DNA of 63,817 nucleotides, filler included, from Choristocarpus tenellus KU-1152 (Eukaryota; Protista; Phaeophyceae): assembly GCA_964200185.2 (NCBI GenBank). It is 7 parts of 7 records of this genome, joined end to end, with 100 filler letters (N's around TTAATTAATTAA, not from the genome) between each part and the next. Parts side by side here need not be neighbours in the genome. Positions count along the whole stretch, not along the records: positions 24,456 to 52,846 come from CAXNAD020000124.1; 6 more parts are not named here. One strand, written 5' to 3'. A program made the translations under genes and the position numbers. Shown piece by piece: positions 24,456-35,559 of this stretch. Positions within the stretch are counted from its first letter, which is position 1. Every line of letters starts with the position of its first letter. The notes under the pieces were generated by a model that made no database searches, had not been told where the DNA came from, and saw only the letters and a program-made list of their open reading frames with translations.

Positions 24456-26471
24456 CCTGTGCCCCCAGCCAACCGGAATTCTACCGCCCACAAAACTCAG
24501 TTTACTTCATAAACTCTCACCTTGATATCGTTTCACCTCCTTTGTTTATTTCCTCCCATTTAAAGGGGTGATGCGTTGAGTGGTGGGAGTAGATGTATCT
24601 TACCAAACTGATGACCTCAGATCTTAACGACCGAAATAGTAAGTAGTGATTGCGCCTAAAATCCTGTCGACAAAGCAATGAAAGACAAATAACACAATAG
24701 ATGTAACGGCAGACTGGAACAACATGATACCTTCATACATAGTAGTCCATTAGAAAAGAGTACTTTGGAAATCGTGACACATTCAACTGTACCCCGACTT
24801 ATTGTGTAGTATTACACGCATGTGTGATGAACAGGAATGTTGTCAAATGTTGAAGTGTGATTAATCTCAAGGAGGTTGGCACCTGGCATTTTGAATTAAC
24901 GCCTTGAAAAAAACTCAAGTCAATTCCTATCCATCCATTCATATGCCAGAACAGTTCTGGATTTACCAACTAATAATTGTTGTATCCTAACTCTACATAT
25001 TCGCTGGTAGTGGTCTCTGATTAGTTGAGCGGTCATCAGGCTATGTATCCTTGAAAAATACCTATGAGCCAACGCCGCCGAGAAACAACACAGCACAACA
25101 CAAGAGCAAAATACGGAACCACTGAATGGTATTCCAAACAGATGTGAAGAAATCCAAATCCAACAAGATCAGCCTATGCACTGCACATAGCTAGTCCTCT
25201 AAGCTCAGCAAAAACTCAACATGGAACTCTATCTAAGTTAGATGAGGCATATGCGATCAGACCGGCCATACAAACTTCACTACTTTGAACTAGGTGCCAG
25301 AAAAGACCAACCCATTTAAGGCAAAGCTAGTACAAAATCAGGAATTTACCTTCAGATTGATGGACACCTACCTTTGTACAATACTGTACAACTTCAAGTT
25401 GATAACCATGCAAGAGCATTGCAATACAAACAAACACAGCTTCTTGAAGACCAGCGGTAATGCCAAGCTCAAAAATCAACCTAAAGCCCATCATAATAGA
25501 CTGTTCATCAGGAGGACCAGTGATAATCTTGATCTGAACAAACTACTGTGGCTAGGTATCACATCTCATGGGACAGTATGAGTGCGTACAGGTACCATAG
25601 TGACCCCATACTGAGCGAACATAATATATAAAACAAAGAGTGTTGCAAAGGAATATAATCAATCAGCAGTCACAACTGTGAGTTGGTGCTGCTGAAGTAC
25701 CACTTTTGCAGATACATAACACTCTGGAATGAAGCTGTGAATTATGCAAATATTGGTGACAAGACAATGAAATGTATACATCATGCCATTCTGATCAACT
25801 GCAATACTTTCAAAGCAACTTCACTGTAACTCTTCTATGCTAACACTCAAGAACTAAGTGCTATAGAAAAACACTGCAGTCGGCCAAATCATGCCACAAT
25901 TAGTACACGCTAATTAATAGGACATATAACATCCACATGTGGGGCCTAAGTCAAGTAAATTTTCAGTTTCACAACACACTCTCCTGGTGTGAACACAGAG
26001 TGGGATGAACATCCTAGCAGAACAAAGCAACACCATAAACTCATATACAACACTCCCTGGATGCGACATTCTGGGATTGGATTTCATTCTTACAAGACCA
26101 AAATAAAGGCAGGAGGGTAATTCGATATTGAATTTTTCTCAAGGGGTGAATCCCCTTCATAAGCTTACCTGGTGAAAAACCAACAAATATTCACAAATTA
26201 ATGGTACTAGGTTTGGCATGTCTGGTAATAAAAGTTGACTGAACGATTGTACACTGTAAATGTGCTTGCTATACCTGGGGAACAAATTCACAAATTCGAC
26301 CATCCCTTTGTCTGCAACCAATCAGCAATCAACAGTTTGTATGTGTAGGTGTTGACATTAAGAGAGTCATCAATCAATGAATGCACGCCATTACTCAATT
26401 GTAATTTGTAACCAAACAAAATGACAAATCACTCATAGACAAGCAACGCAAAATCCATGCCTCCAGGCCAA

Positions 26472-26754
26472 GAGTAAAAGTATCTTAGAGGGTACGAGTT
26501 TTGCCCTGTTTGTTTGTTTGGGGCTTGGCTTCCCACCAGTTTTCTAAGACATTTTCCTTTTCCGAAATGTTTCAGAATTAGAAAAATGCATACATTTTGG
26601 AGTAGCTTTCATGTATAAAACTATGAAAAGGTGTGTTTGGAACAAGGATATTGGGACTTCCTCACAAATACGATAGCCAAAATTACATCAAATCGCAACA
26701 TTGGATTTTGGCCCCCAAATGGATGCAGCCATACCCTCTAAGATACTTTCATTC
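26472..26754 (-). mobile_element. MITE family A, diverged inverted copy with a small insertion
   Basis: GAGTAAAAGTATCTTAGAGGGTACGAG ... TACCCTCTAAGATACTTTCATTC; no clear TSD. Confidence 0.85.
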
Positions 26755-27426
26755 AAAAATTAATATTATACGTTTTGAGCCACATGCCATTCAGTGTGCC
26801 TCAGCACGACAAAAGAAAGGAGGGAAAAATATGTAAGTGCAAGAGAATTATCTGCATTGTAAACACACTATCTGTCTGGTCAATAAGGGTTCCACAAGTC
26901 TGTCCTAGCAGAATACATAATTAGTGAAGGCTGTCAAGCACAGATGCCAAACACAACTCATCTACTAAGATAAAATTACAATGCTTACTTGACACCGAGA
27001 TTGCACATCCTCCAGCATGCAAAGGTCCTTCTTGTTGCAGAACTCGGGTATGCTCCAACACAACCAAAGCAGCTACTAATCACCCCAAACCCAAATCAAT
27101 CCTACACCTGAAGAGTCGCCATGCCACCTGGATCCTACTTGTAGTCAGCACGAGAATTGAGAAATAAATTATGCACATGAGCTTCAGTCACACAGACCTG
27201 GATATGTCTCTTGTGAGTCCTCTCCAGTCCAGAAGTCAGCCAGGCAACATATGGGAGGACAGGGGTTCCAAGCTTGGCTACCCTTAGCAATATGCCATGG
27301 AACCCTGTCCCATGCTTAGACATCTGAAGCTCAATGCCTGGTGGCCAATGATGGGCACCTTGGAAGTGCTTCTTTTTCCACCTTCTTCGACTTGCAATGG
27401 GTCAGGCAATACTTTAAAGAACGCAT

Positions 27427-27770
27427 GGAAACTCCCCGGCCTTGGGGAACCACCACCATTATCATATTTTGTTAACTTCACCATACGAAGCTGAACGTTA
27501 TTTTTCACACACAGGTTAGGGTTAGAGGTAGGTTGTCGAAAATGAGTTTGAAAAGATGAAAAGTGGTGGATTCATGAGAAGATGTGGTTCCCCAGTGCAC
27601 ACTGCAGTCTTCCACCACTTCTTCTAGAGTGTTTCCTTGGCTCATTAGGGATATTTTCACACACAGGGTAGAGTTAGGGTTACCTTGGGTTAAGGTTAAG
27701 TTTTCAAAATTGTGTGCGAAAAAGTGAAGAAAATATTACAGTGGTGGTTCCCAAAGACAGGGGGGTTCCC
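27427..27770. mobile_element. Probable small inverted-repeat element carrying TTAGGG-like motifs
   Basis: Imperfect inverted ends (..CCTTGGGGAACCACCAC / GTGGTGGTTCCCAAAG..); internal repeat TTTTCACACACAGG followed by (GTTAGG)n occurs twice. Confidence 0.4.
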
Positions 27771-27799
27771 CTGAGCACTGTGACGTGAGGGCACAGTGG

Positions 27800-29050
27800 G
27801 GTTAAGCAAATAATTGGGCCTACTCAACATTCCATGCTTTTTCTCCCTCGTTGAGACTTGTGAAACTCCACATCCCCAATGTTACTATTTTTTGCAGGAA
27901 GTATTTACCGACCACCTGCCTCGCCAGGCACTCCTCCCTGCATGTGTCATCAAGGTCTGCCATCGTGGCAACCAAACCACCTTGGAAACAGTAACGCCTC
28001 CTACCACGGTCGGTTGCTTGGTTCCTTCCCCTTCAGAAGTTGGAGCTTTGGCTTTAGTCATTTCATAAGCGAGCGGAGGGACATGGAAGTTACCATCACA
28101 GAAAGCACGTCGGTAACAGCAATCCCGCCCTCTCCAAGGGTTGCCCGTTTGGCTCCTACTCCATCAGGAGTTAGAGGCTAGACTCTAATCCTTCTACAAG
28201 CGAGCGGGGGGTCGAGGAGGTATGCCATCACGCCAAGAATCAGGTGGAAGCTTGACTACTACTCCTTCCGATGCCCTGTCCCCCTTAGTGGCAGATATAT
28301 TGTTTGCTTTCCTCGCTACTTCAACAAATATCTTGGAAGATACGATTGATGGGTATGCCAGCGAACAATTGTAGTGACTGCTCCAGGTCCATCTGCCGCA
28401 GGCTTAGCCCCAGCTGCAAGCCTATCTTCATTGCCTCGACTATCTCCGTCATCTTGTGTAGGGTTTCCTTCTTAGAATAATGGCTGTTGTCCGTGGATCA
28501 CTATCAACTAGTTTCATGACTACTACCCCAAACATTGTTTTGTCTGCTCTAGCTTTTTTCGTATCTCACGCTTCATCTCGCCAATCCACAAGGCTCGCCT
28601 GGCAACCGGGGTTCATTCATCATACTGCTGATGCTGTCCGAGATAGGGCGACTTGTCCGCACGCCAGGAATGATTCACTGTCTCCTTTCGGAACCCTTCG
28701 CCCGTATGGGATGATCTGTGCCCGACGTCAGCCACCATACGGCCAGTTGGTGGCCAAGTACTATGCACCGTGGCCTGCATGGCGGTATTATGCTCACTCG
28801 ATCAACATTTGTACTATACAGTCGTTCTTTCTCTAGCTTTAACTCGATGAGCGGGTTAGGCAGACCCTCCATAGTAGAAGAAACCTGCTGCAGACAGTCG
28901 TCAGCAGGAGGGGCCTCATTTCTACCCTGCGCATGAAGCGGTATGCCTTTTCCATGCGAATACATGATGAAGCACCACGATATCAATGTAGGATTCCAAT
29001 GTAATTTGTTGAAGGACAGACTCCCTTATGTAGGAGCAGGAGTTACAAAT
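27800..29050 (+). mobile_element. Highly degenerate LTR-retrotransposon-like (Copia?) fragment
   Basis: Broken frames (CYYF..DH..ALLPA.VIKV, Pro/Ser-rich linker, RQSTRL) resembling the post-integrase region of Copia pol; no diagnostic motif intact. Confidence 0.25.
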
Positions 29051-29318
29051 ATAGAAATGTGAAATGTTGTGAAGTGATAGCAGGGAGGTAGGAGGAGTAG
29101 GACCTATACAAATTACGTTCTTCATTTATATATTATATTATTATGCCCTCTTACATTTTACAGATATTTTAGGGGGGAAACCAACGAAAACTATTCACAT
29201 GTCAGTATAGACCCGAAAGAAATAAAATGTCATAAATGTGAGATATAGTAATCTATTTGTTATTTTGCTACTAAAATATACCTATGATGTACCATTGTCT
29301 TCCTGTGCCTCCACTCTA

Positions 29319-29675
29319 CCTATTCCTGTACCCCAGGGTGAGGAGCTAGGGAAGCATCCAAAAAATCCAACAAACTCCTCCGTGCCCATCTCCCTGCTGA
29401 CTCCAGCTTAAAACGCACGACACGGCTAGACAGTGCCACATACTTGCGTAGTTACTGAGACAATTTGGCGTAGCCGGGATTTGACCGCTCCTTTCCTGCT
29501 ATATCCTCCAGTTCCTCTCCCCCCCACCATCTGTGTAGCCAGCTCATCCAGGAAACATTCCGCTTGCTTGCTGAGCCGCCCAAAACTTTCCACCGTGACG
29601 GTGTTGAGGTTATAACTCGAGGATCAAAAGAACCCTCGTGGTGGGAGCGCTTTCGCGCCTCACCTGCAGCACCAG
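29319..29675 (-). mobile_element. Second CRE-like LINE 3' end
   Basis: Minus strand: GEARKRSHHEGSFDP../SYNLNTVTVESFGRLSKQAECFLDELATQMVGGRGTGGYSRKGAVKSRLRQIVSVTTQV; shares the tail GGATGCTTCCCTAG.TCCTCACCCTGG with 22846-23184. Confidence 0.72.
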
Positions 29676-29999
29676 GTATACTATTGCTAGTGGATGAGTG
29701 TGTAAGATGGGAGGTTGCCTGCACTTCTGAAAAATATATATATATAGAGAGAGGATCAAATCCATTCATATCGTAGGACAGTTCTGGGTTTAACAACTAA
29801 TACATTTTTTATTCTCACTACATATTTTTCACACTAGTATTGTCACAGTGATCTCCTATCAACCTGGAGGAATCTATTTGAATATGACATCCCTACATTA
29901 AAAGTCTTACGAGTAGTATGCTAGTGAAGTGTGAAGTGACCAAGTAGAAACTATTTTATTGAAGGTCAGGGAGGAGTGGGAACGAGCGTGACAAAGACA

Positions 30000-31350
30000 A
30001 CAAAGACCCCAAACACACAACCTTCAAACTGGACTTGAAGGTGGACGGCAAATGACACTTTCAAGGAATTTGACACCTCCATAAGGAACATGGAAGATTG
30101 CACTTGCTATGTGGACCAAGGTGGATTCTACCAGCACCTGAAGTATAGAGGACCAGAGAGAGTGCTTTCCAGCACATCCACGACAAACCTGCTAGGCTAC
30201 TGACAGAGGAAGGACTCATGAAAGGGACGATGTAGAGTGAAAGTATCTTAGAGGGTACGAGTTTTGCCCTGTTTGTCCATTTGGGGCATGGCTTCCCATG
30301 GGGTTTTTATGATATTTCGCCTACTCCAAAATGTTTCGGAGTAGGTAATATGTATATGTTATGAAATTGTGTGTCTGGAACAAGGATACTGACACTTCCT
30401 AACAAATACGACGGATAAAATTACATGGAAATCGGAACATTGGATTTTGGCCCTCAAATGGACGCGGCCCTACCCTCTAAGATATGTTGACTCTGCAGGT
30501 GAAACTTTGAGGTCCTACCAAATGCCAAGTTGATCAACCTCAAGCCCAATATCCCTCAACCCCTTAACCAACTTTCCTCTTACATAACACTTGCCGTTGC
30601 ACCAATGGCGCTGGTTGAAGAGGCAGAAGCAATCTATGCTATGGCAAACAGGAAAGGTTATGTATGGGACCAAATGATCTCCCAGTGGAAATTCTGAACC
30701 TTGGCCTCTGCGAGGATTTCTAGATTGTGTGGAATGTATTGGTGTGGCAAGATGTGCCGCAGGTTTTGGTGCTGTGCAAAAAGAAGGATTGGATGGGGTA
30801 GAAACTATACTAACCCTATACGGGAACCTTATCGGTAGTACACGCCGGCAAAGTGTTCGTTGAAGCTGTTGCACGATGACCCTAAAGAAAAGGCCTTCAT
30901 CCCCTTCCACTTCAACATCTTCACTGCAGTGCTAAACATAGCAGTTAAGGAGGTCCACTCTGCCCCAGCCATCTCCAAGGACCTTGTTTTCGCCAAGAGA
31001 GTTGCAAGGAGCAACTAGGTCGGAGAGAGAGAAGTGACAGGGGTTGGGGTAGCACTTGAGCAGTATTTGTGGGACATGCTTCATGCTGACGATTTGGGCA
31101 TTGTACTTAATTCCCAAATCTGGCTGAGATGATGTCTATCATAGTAGCATTGCTCAGTGCCTGTGATCGAGAAGTGTTTGAGAGGTGGCAACGACATTCG
31201 GGCTGAGCATATCTTAGTTGAAGGCAGAAACTGGTGACCTCGACTTACCAACAAGGTCACAATAGTTTGGCAGGTCCGGCCTTCAGGACAAAGCTCCAAG
31301 CAGGCTCACAAGTTTACTAGTCTCTGAGGCGCCGTCAGATTATGCATTTG
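30000..31350 (+). mobile_element. Degenerate RTE-clade LINE (reverse transcriptase region), interrupted by a MITE
   Basis: Remnant motifs in order: DQGGFYQHLK, LPNAKLINLKPNI, KKKD..SVVHAGKVF, PFHFNIFTAVLN, WDMLHADDLGIV (YADD box). Confidence 0.75.
30235..30493 (-). mobile_element. MITE family A, full length 259 bp, nested in the RTE LINE
   Basis: GAGTGAAAGTATCTTAGAGGGTA ... TACCCTCTAAGATATGTTGACTC; TSD TGTA/TGCA (one mismatch). Confidence 0.92.
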
Positions 31351-31419
31351 AAGTGGTAGGAAGGTCGCAAAATGGTCCTCGGCAAAATGGCCTATAAACC
31401 CACTTCTGGCATGGCATGA

Positions 31420-32400
31420 GGGACTCCATTGCTTCTACCTTCAGTGATCAAGAGGGTGAAGGAGATTCTGCTGAATAGATGCAAGGGACGAGATCTGGGG
31501 ACTGCACACAGACTGATGAAAGTGGGAATGAAAGTAATGACTCGGGCATTAATCTGGACTAGAAGCTCTGCTCGGAGAATATTGTCTCGGAAGGTATGGA
31601 ACCGATTATTAGTCGGACACCTCCATCACATTTAGGACTTCTCTCCTAGGCAAGAATAAGAGAAGGAACTGGACAAAGAACGCTACCGATACGCTAGTAT
31701 CTTGGGTAGGTTAGTGTTCCTAGCCGGGATGACACGTCCACATCTCTCCAAAGTGTATGCACGAACTGGGGCGCAACGCTGGATCGCCACACCTTTGCCA
31801 TTGGCAGGGACTGCAGTATGTATTTAGGCACATTTCCTCTATATTGGATGTTTGCGCTCATAATCGTGCTGAGAAGGACGATGGTGATGAAGCACTTGTT
31901 GCATATCCTGACTCTCAATGGCAACCAATCCAGAAACACGGATGAGAGTGGCATGATATCTCCTACTTCTTAAAGGGGGCATCTATCTTGTTGCATTCAA
32001 AAGTACAGGGGGCGTAACTTTCTCCAGCTCAGAAGCTGAGTTAGAGAGCCGTGCTAAGGCATGCGTCATTCGATTTTTATTTGTGGCTCTAGGGGAGACC
32101 AGTCTTCAACAGGATACAACAGCTTGGTACAGGGATAACCGTGGGGTACCATCAACATAACTTCTGAAGGGGTAGGTGGTCGCACTAGACACGTACTCTG
32201 GAGTAGATGTGAAGCTAAAGTGCAGTGGAGAGTATGTAACGTAGAATTCATTTGCAGTGATGTATATTCTGACAACGAGGCAACTAACGGACACTAATCA
32301 GGAGTCTGCTGACAGGTACAGTTCCTGTTTTTCTTAACAGTTGTGTTCTTTTTTGTTTGGAGTGACATTTCGGACACTTGACCTTCCCAATCCTGAAGAA
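31420..32400 (+). mobile_element. Degenerate Ty1/Copia RT-RNase H remnant
   Basis: VKEILLNRCKGRDLG; HELGR..PHLCHWQGLQYVFRHI; LVAYPDSQW..NPETR; SKVQG.VTFSSSEAE; YRDNRG; GRTRHV.DVKLK, matching Copia YADSDW/SSSEAE/DN/KHID motifs. Confidence 0.82.
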
Positions 32401-33499
32401 GTGTGCAGATTAAAAGATGGAAATAACATATATTGGTAGAATATTGGCAAAGACACTGTGATATTCACATGCGAAGTTCAGTAGATTTTGGAAATTTCAA
32501 TTTTCTGGAATGACCAACTTTCTAGGAGTTATTTATTGTGTTTCTCAGGTGTTTGTTTTCTTCCAGAAATATGCTTCGAAGTAGCTGCAAGTGCATACCT
32601 GCGCATCTAGCAATAACAAACCACTTCACAACATCTCAACCATCCATCACAGCCAACATGCTATCTTACTCTGTGCAAGGGGCATTGTGTGAGACTCAGG
32701 ATCTTATCTATATACTCTGGTGCAAATAGAAAATACGGAATTGCTAAACTGCAGTGTATGAGAAAAATGCTTGAGGATCGAGGGGAAAATAGTGCCAGAC
32801 TGCAAATATACATCAGTTGCTGGCCCTACGCAGTGAAGAACCAGCCAATTTTCCCTCAGAATAAAAATCGTTTGTTGCCTTGTATGTGGCATGTGGTGCA
32901 AGGAAATGCAAGCACCGCGCCATGATCCCTTTCATTGATACAGTGGAATAATGAATAGATAAGATGATTTGCCATTGTCAGGTTTGATTGAGGGGTGACA
33001 ATGACCAAGAACTGACTATTCTACCACTATAGGAAGGTAAATACATCGATCTCATTTTGGGGTCCTCTTCAATTACGTCAAATAGCATAAAATAAAATGA
33101 AAGCTCCATCCCACCTCAAAAAGAACAACCAGTTGTGATTTATAGATATCGCTCTAGTTAATTTATTGTAATAGGTCTCTTCAGAAATTACTATGAGACT
33201 CCAAAAGAAATTACTTGGAATGTACAGATACTATACAAGAAGGAAAGTGGTAATAAAGAAGCCAGAAAAAAATAAAAGAGAGATTAATAGAAAGAACTTT
33301 GGTATATCTACAAGGGTGACGAAGAGAACGCAGGTGTAGTGCACTATCACACCCAACAAAAAAGTATGTCATACTGGGTTCATTCAACACAAAAAACACC
33401 ACTCATTCCACGTGACACAAAAGAAAGCAAAGAAAGTGAAAAGGAAGGCTTTTAATAATCAACTCGAAAATAGAGAAAGTTATGTTTGTGGCTGGTGAG

Positions 33500-33960
33500 T
33501 GTGCATGTTCTCTAATTTAATTTGGCTGCCTGCTTTGGAATGGTGTACAGCACCTATCACGGCTTCCTTGGAATGCTACTTTGTCACAGAGCTTGTTATG
33601 CCCTCAACTACGCACTTGTACGACCTTTGTTTAGTTGTCAGTGTGCTCTATCCCTCAACCACAATCCCACAGTTCTTCTCCTGTCCACCTCTTGCGTTCC
33701 GTTTTCTATCTATGAGCTCCCCAAGCATGAACACCTTTGAGAGTCAATCATCTCCATGAGCGCAACTGACCATGTTGATAGGAGTCTCGTTTTGCGCACA
33801 CTCTCCTCAATATTTTCTCGCCCAGGTCTTTGCAAGGGTAACTTCGGGTGCGATCTGCACATTCCTGTTTTGCCAAATCTGATGCAAATCAGGAGGAATT
33901 TGTGGTGATGGGAGTATATCATCATCTAGTGGACCTGGCAGGGTGTACACTACCTTCAAC
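33500..33960 (-). mobile_element. Degenerate RTE LINE 3' region
   Basis: HHKFLLICI...ENIEESVRKTRLL...LSKVFMLGEL..KRNARGGQEK resembles the RTE C-terminal IE..R.RRL...LPK...GEL...R.RGGQ.K signature. Confidence 0.65.
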
Positions 33961-35559
33961 AGCGCACACCATCTCACCTCCGAAAAACCAAATAAACACC
34001 TGACCTTGGGTCGTTTAATATCTTTGCTCCTTTCCATAGATATTTAATAAATAGTACTTATCACTAGACGTGCAGTGGCACATATCTATAACTATCGGGA
34101 GATACCCTCCCTTTCCCTTCTACCTGTAGTCCAAGAGGGTATTGTTAAACCATGTTTTATGAATAACTATTGAGGGGAGGGTCGACCCAGAATGGGATTG
34201 GTAATTGTGCAGTCTGGCAGGTCCCTGACCTGTTATGCCTTCATTACTCTTCTGAATTCCCTGTTGGCCACTTCAATGATCAAAGCTTCACACAAACCCA
34301 TATGTATGTTTTCCTACCTATCACCAATTCTTGCACAGGTGAGAACAGACCCCTCCCTGGTACAGCCCACCCTTCTATACAGACACACCTCATCCCTGCT
34401 ACCCAGGCACAGTCCCACCCTGTGCCATCCCCCCTGGTGCTGCTGGAGCAGCATGCCTGCTGTCTGGTAGAGCATCTCTTCGTTTTCCCAGACACATACC
34501 ACACAGTCCCTCCCTGTGCCTTTTCCTCCTGGTGCTGCTCCAGTACTGGTTAATGACGGATGTTTTCCTTCTCCTCTTCCTCCCCAGCTCAGCCCCCACG
34601 ACTTTACCCAGGCACTACACTCCCCTAACTGTAACTTTACTAACTGATGGAGCTTCCCCTCTTCTTTTCCCCTTCGCGTAGTCCCCAACTGTTACCCACT
34701 CATAATATCGAGCTTATGCAGTAGCCCATTATTAATGTTGTTGCAACTGAACTCAACATATTTATGGATGGACATATTGTCGCAAAGTGTTCGCCTTGAT
34801 CTATGAAATTCTCGAGACGGTAGAATTCTGCCGACAAACCGTAGAGAACACTACAATTGGAGGGAAGGCCACCCAACCACCTCCGTTAGTTGGATCCCGC
34901 AGCTCCTATTACCCGCGTCTTCTATGCGTTGGAAGGTCCGATGGAGGGAAATCATTACCTCCATGCATTCGCATAGACCTTAACTGACACTCTCACAGGT
35001 CTTAGGAGGGGTTTCGTTGGTGGGATTGCCTACAAACCTACTTTCTGACCCGTCACGAGAGACCTCATTTAAATGGGAACAGCGAGTGCGAAAGGGGGGA
35101 CACACATTGCCAGGCTGCTAACGAACGTCAATTGCTGAGGGTACGAAGTACAAACCAAACCAATAACAGATGGAGTACACACCATTTGAGGGAGGAGGCA
35201 GATCGACAGGTGGTGGGATGGCTGAACCTATCTCGCGAGAAAACGTCATCGCATGCACTAAGCAGTGAAATTTGTTCTAGTGCAACAGGTAATTCGTAAG
35301 GTAGAAGAAATAGTGCCGTGTGTAATGCCATCTGACTGCAGGTCGAGGGGCTAGGTAGGATGGAGGTAACAGAGAAGTTATGTAGAGTATAAATGACCAA
35401 ATAACATTCAATAGAAGAAAGAGAACGGAATTATTTTTTGGTCATAGTAATCATAGTGAAAGGAAGATGTGAACCAAGTTAATTAAATTCCAGACGTCAT
35501 CACATAACCATACCCAACATTTGGTGGTGATTGTGGAGGTCCTTCAGGTGGTATCAATA

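Noticed and set aside
24456-27330. Possible minus-strand multi-exon gene (AG...GT segments near 27323-27198, 27060-26989, 26311-26275)
   Set aside because: I could not build a phase-consistent chain or recognise a protein.
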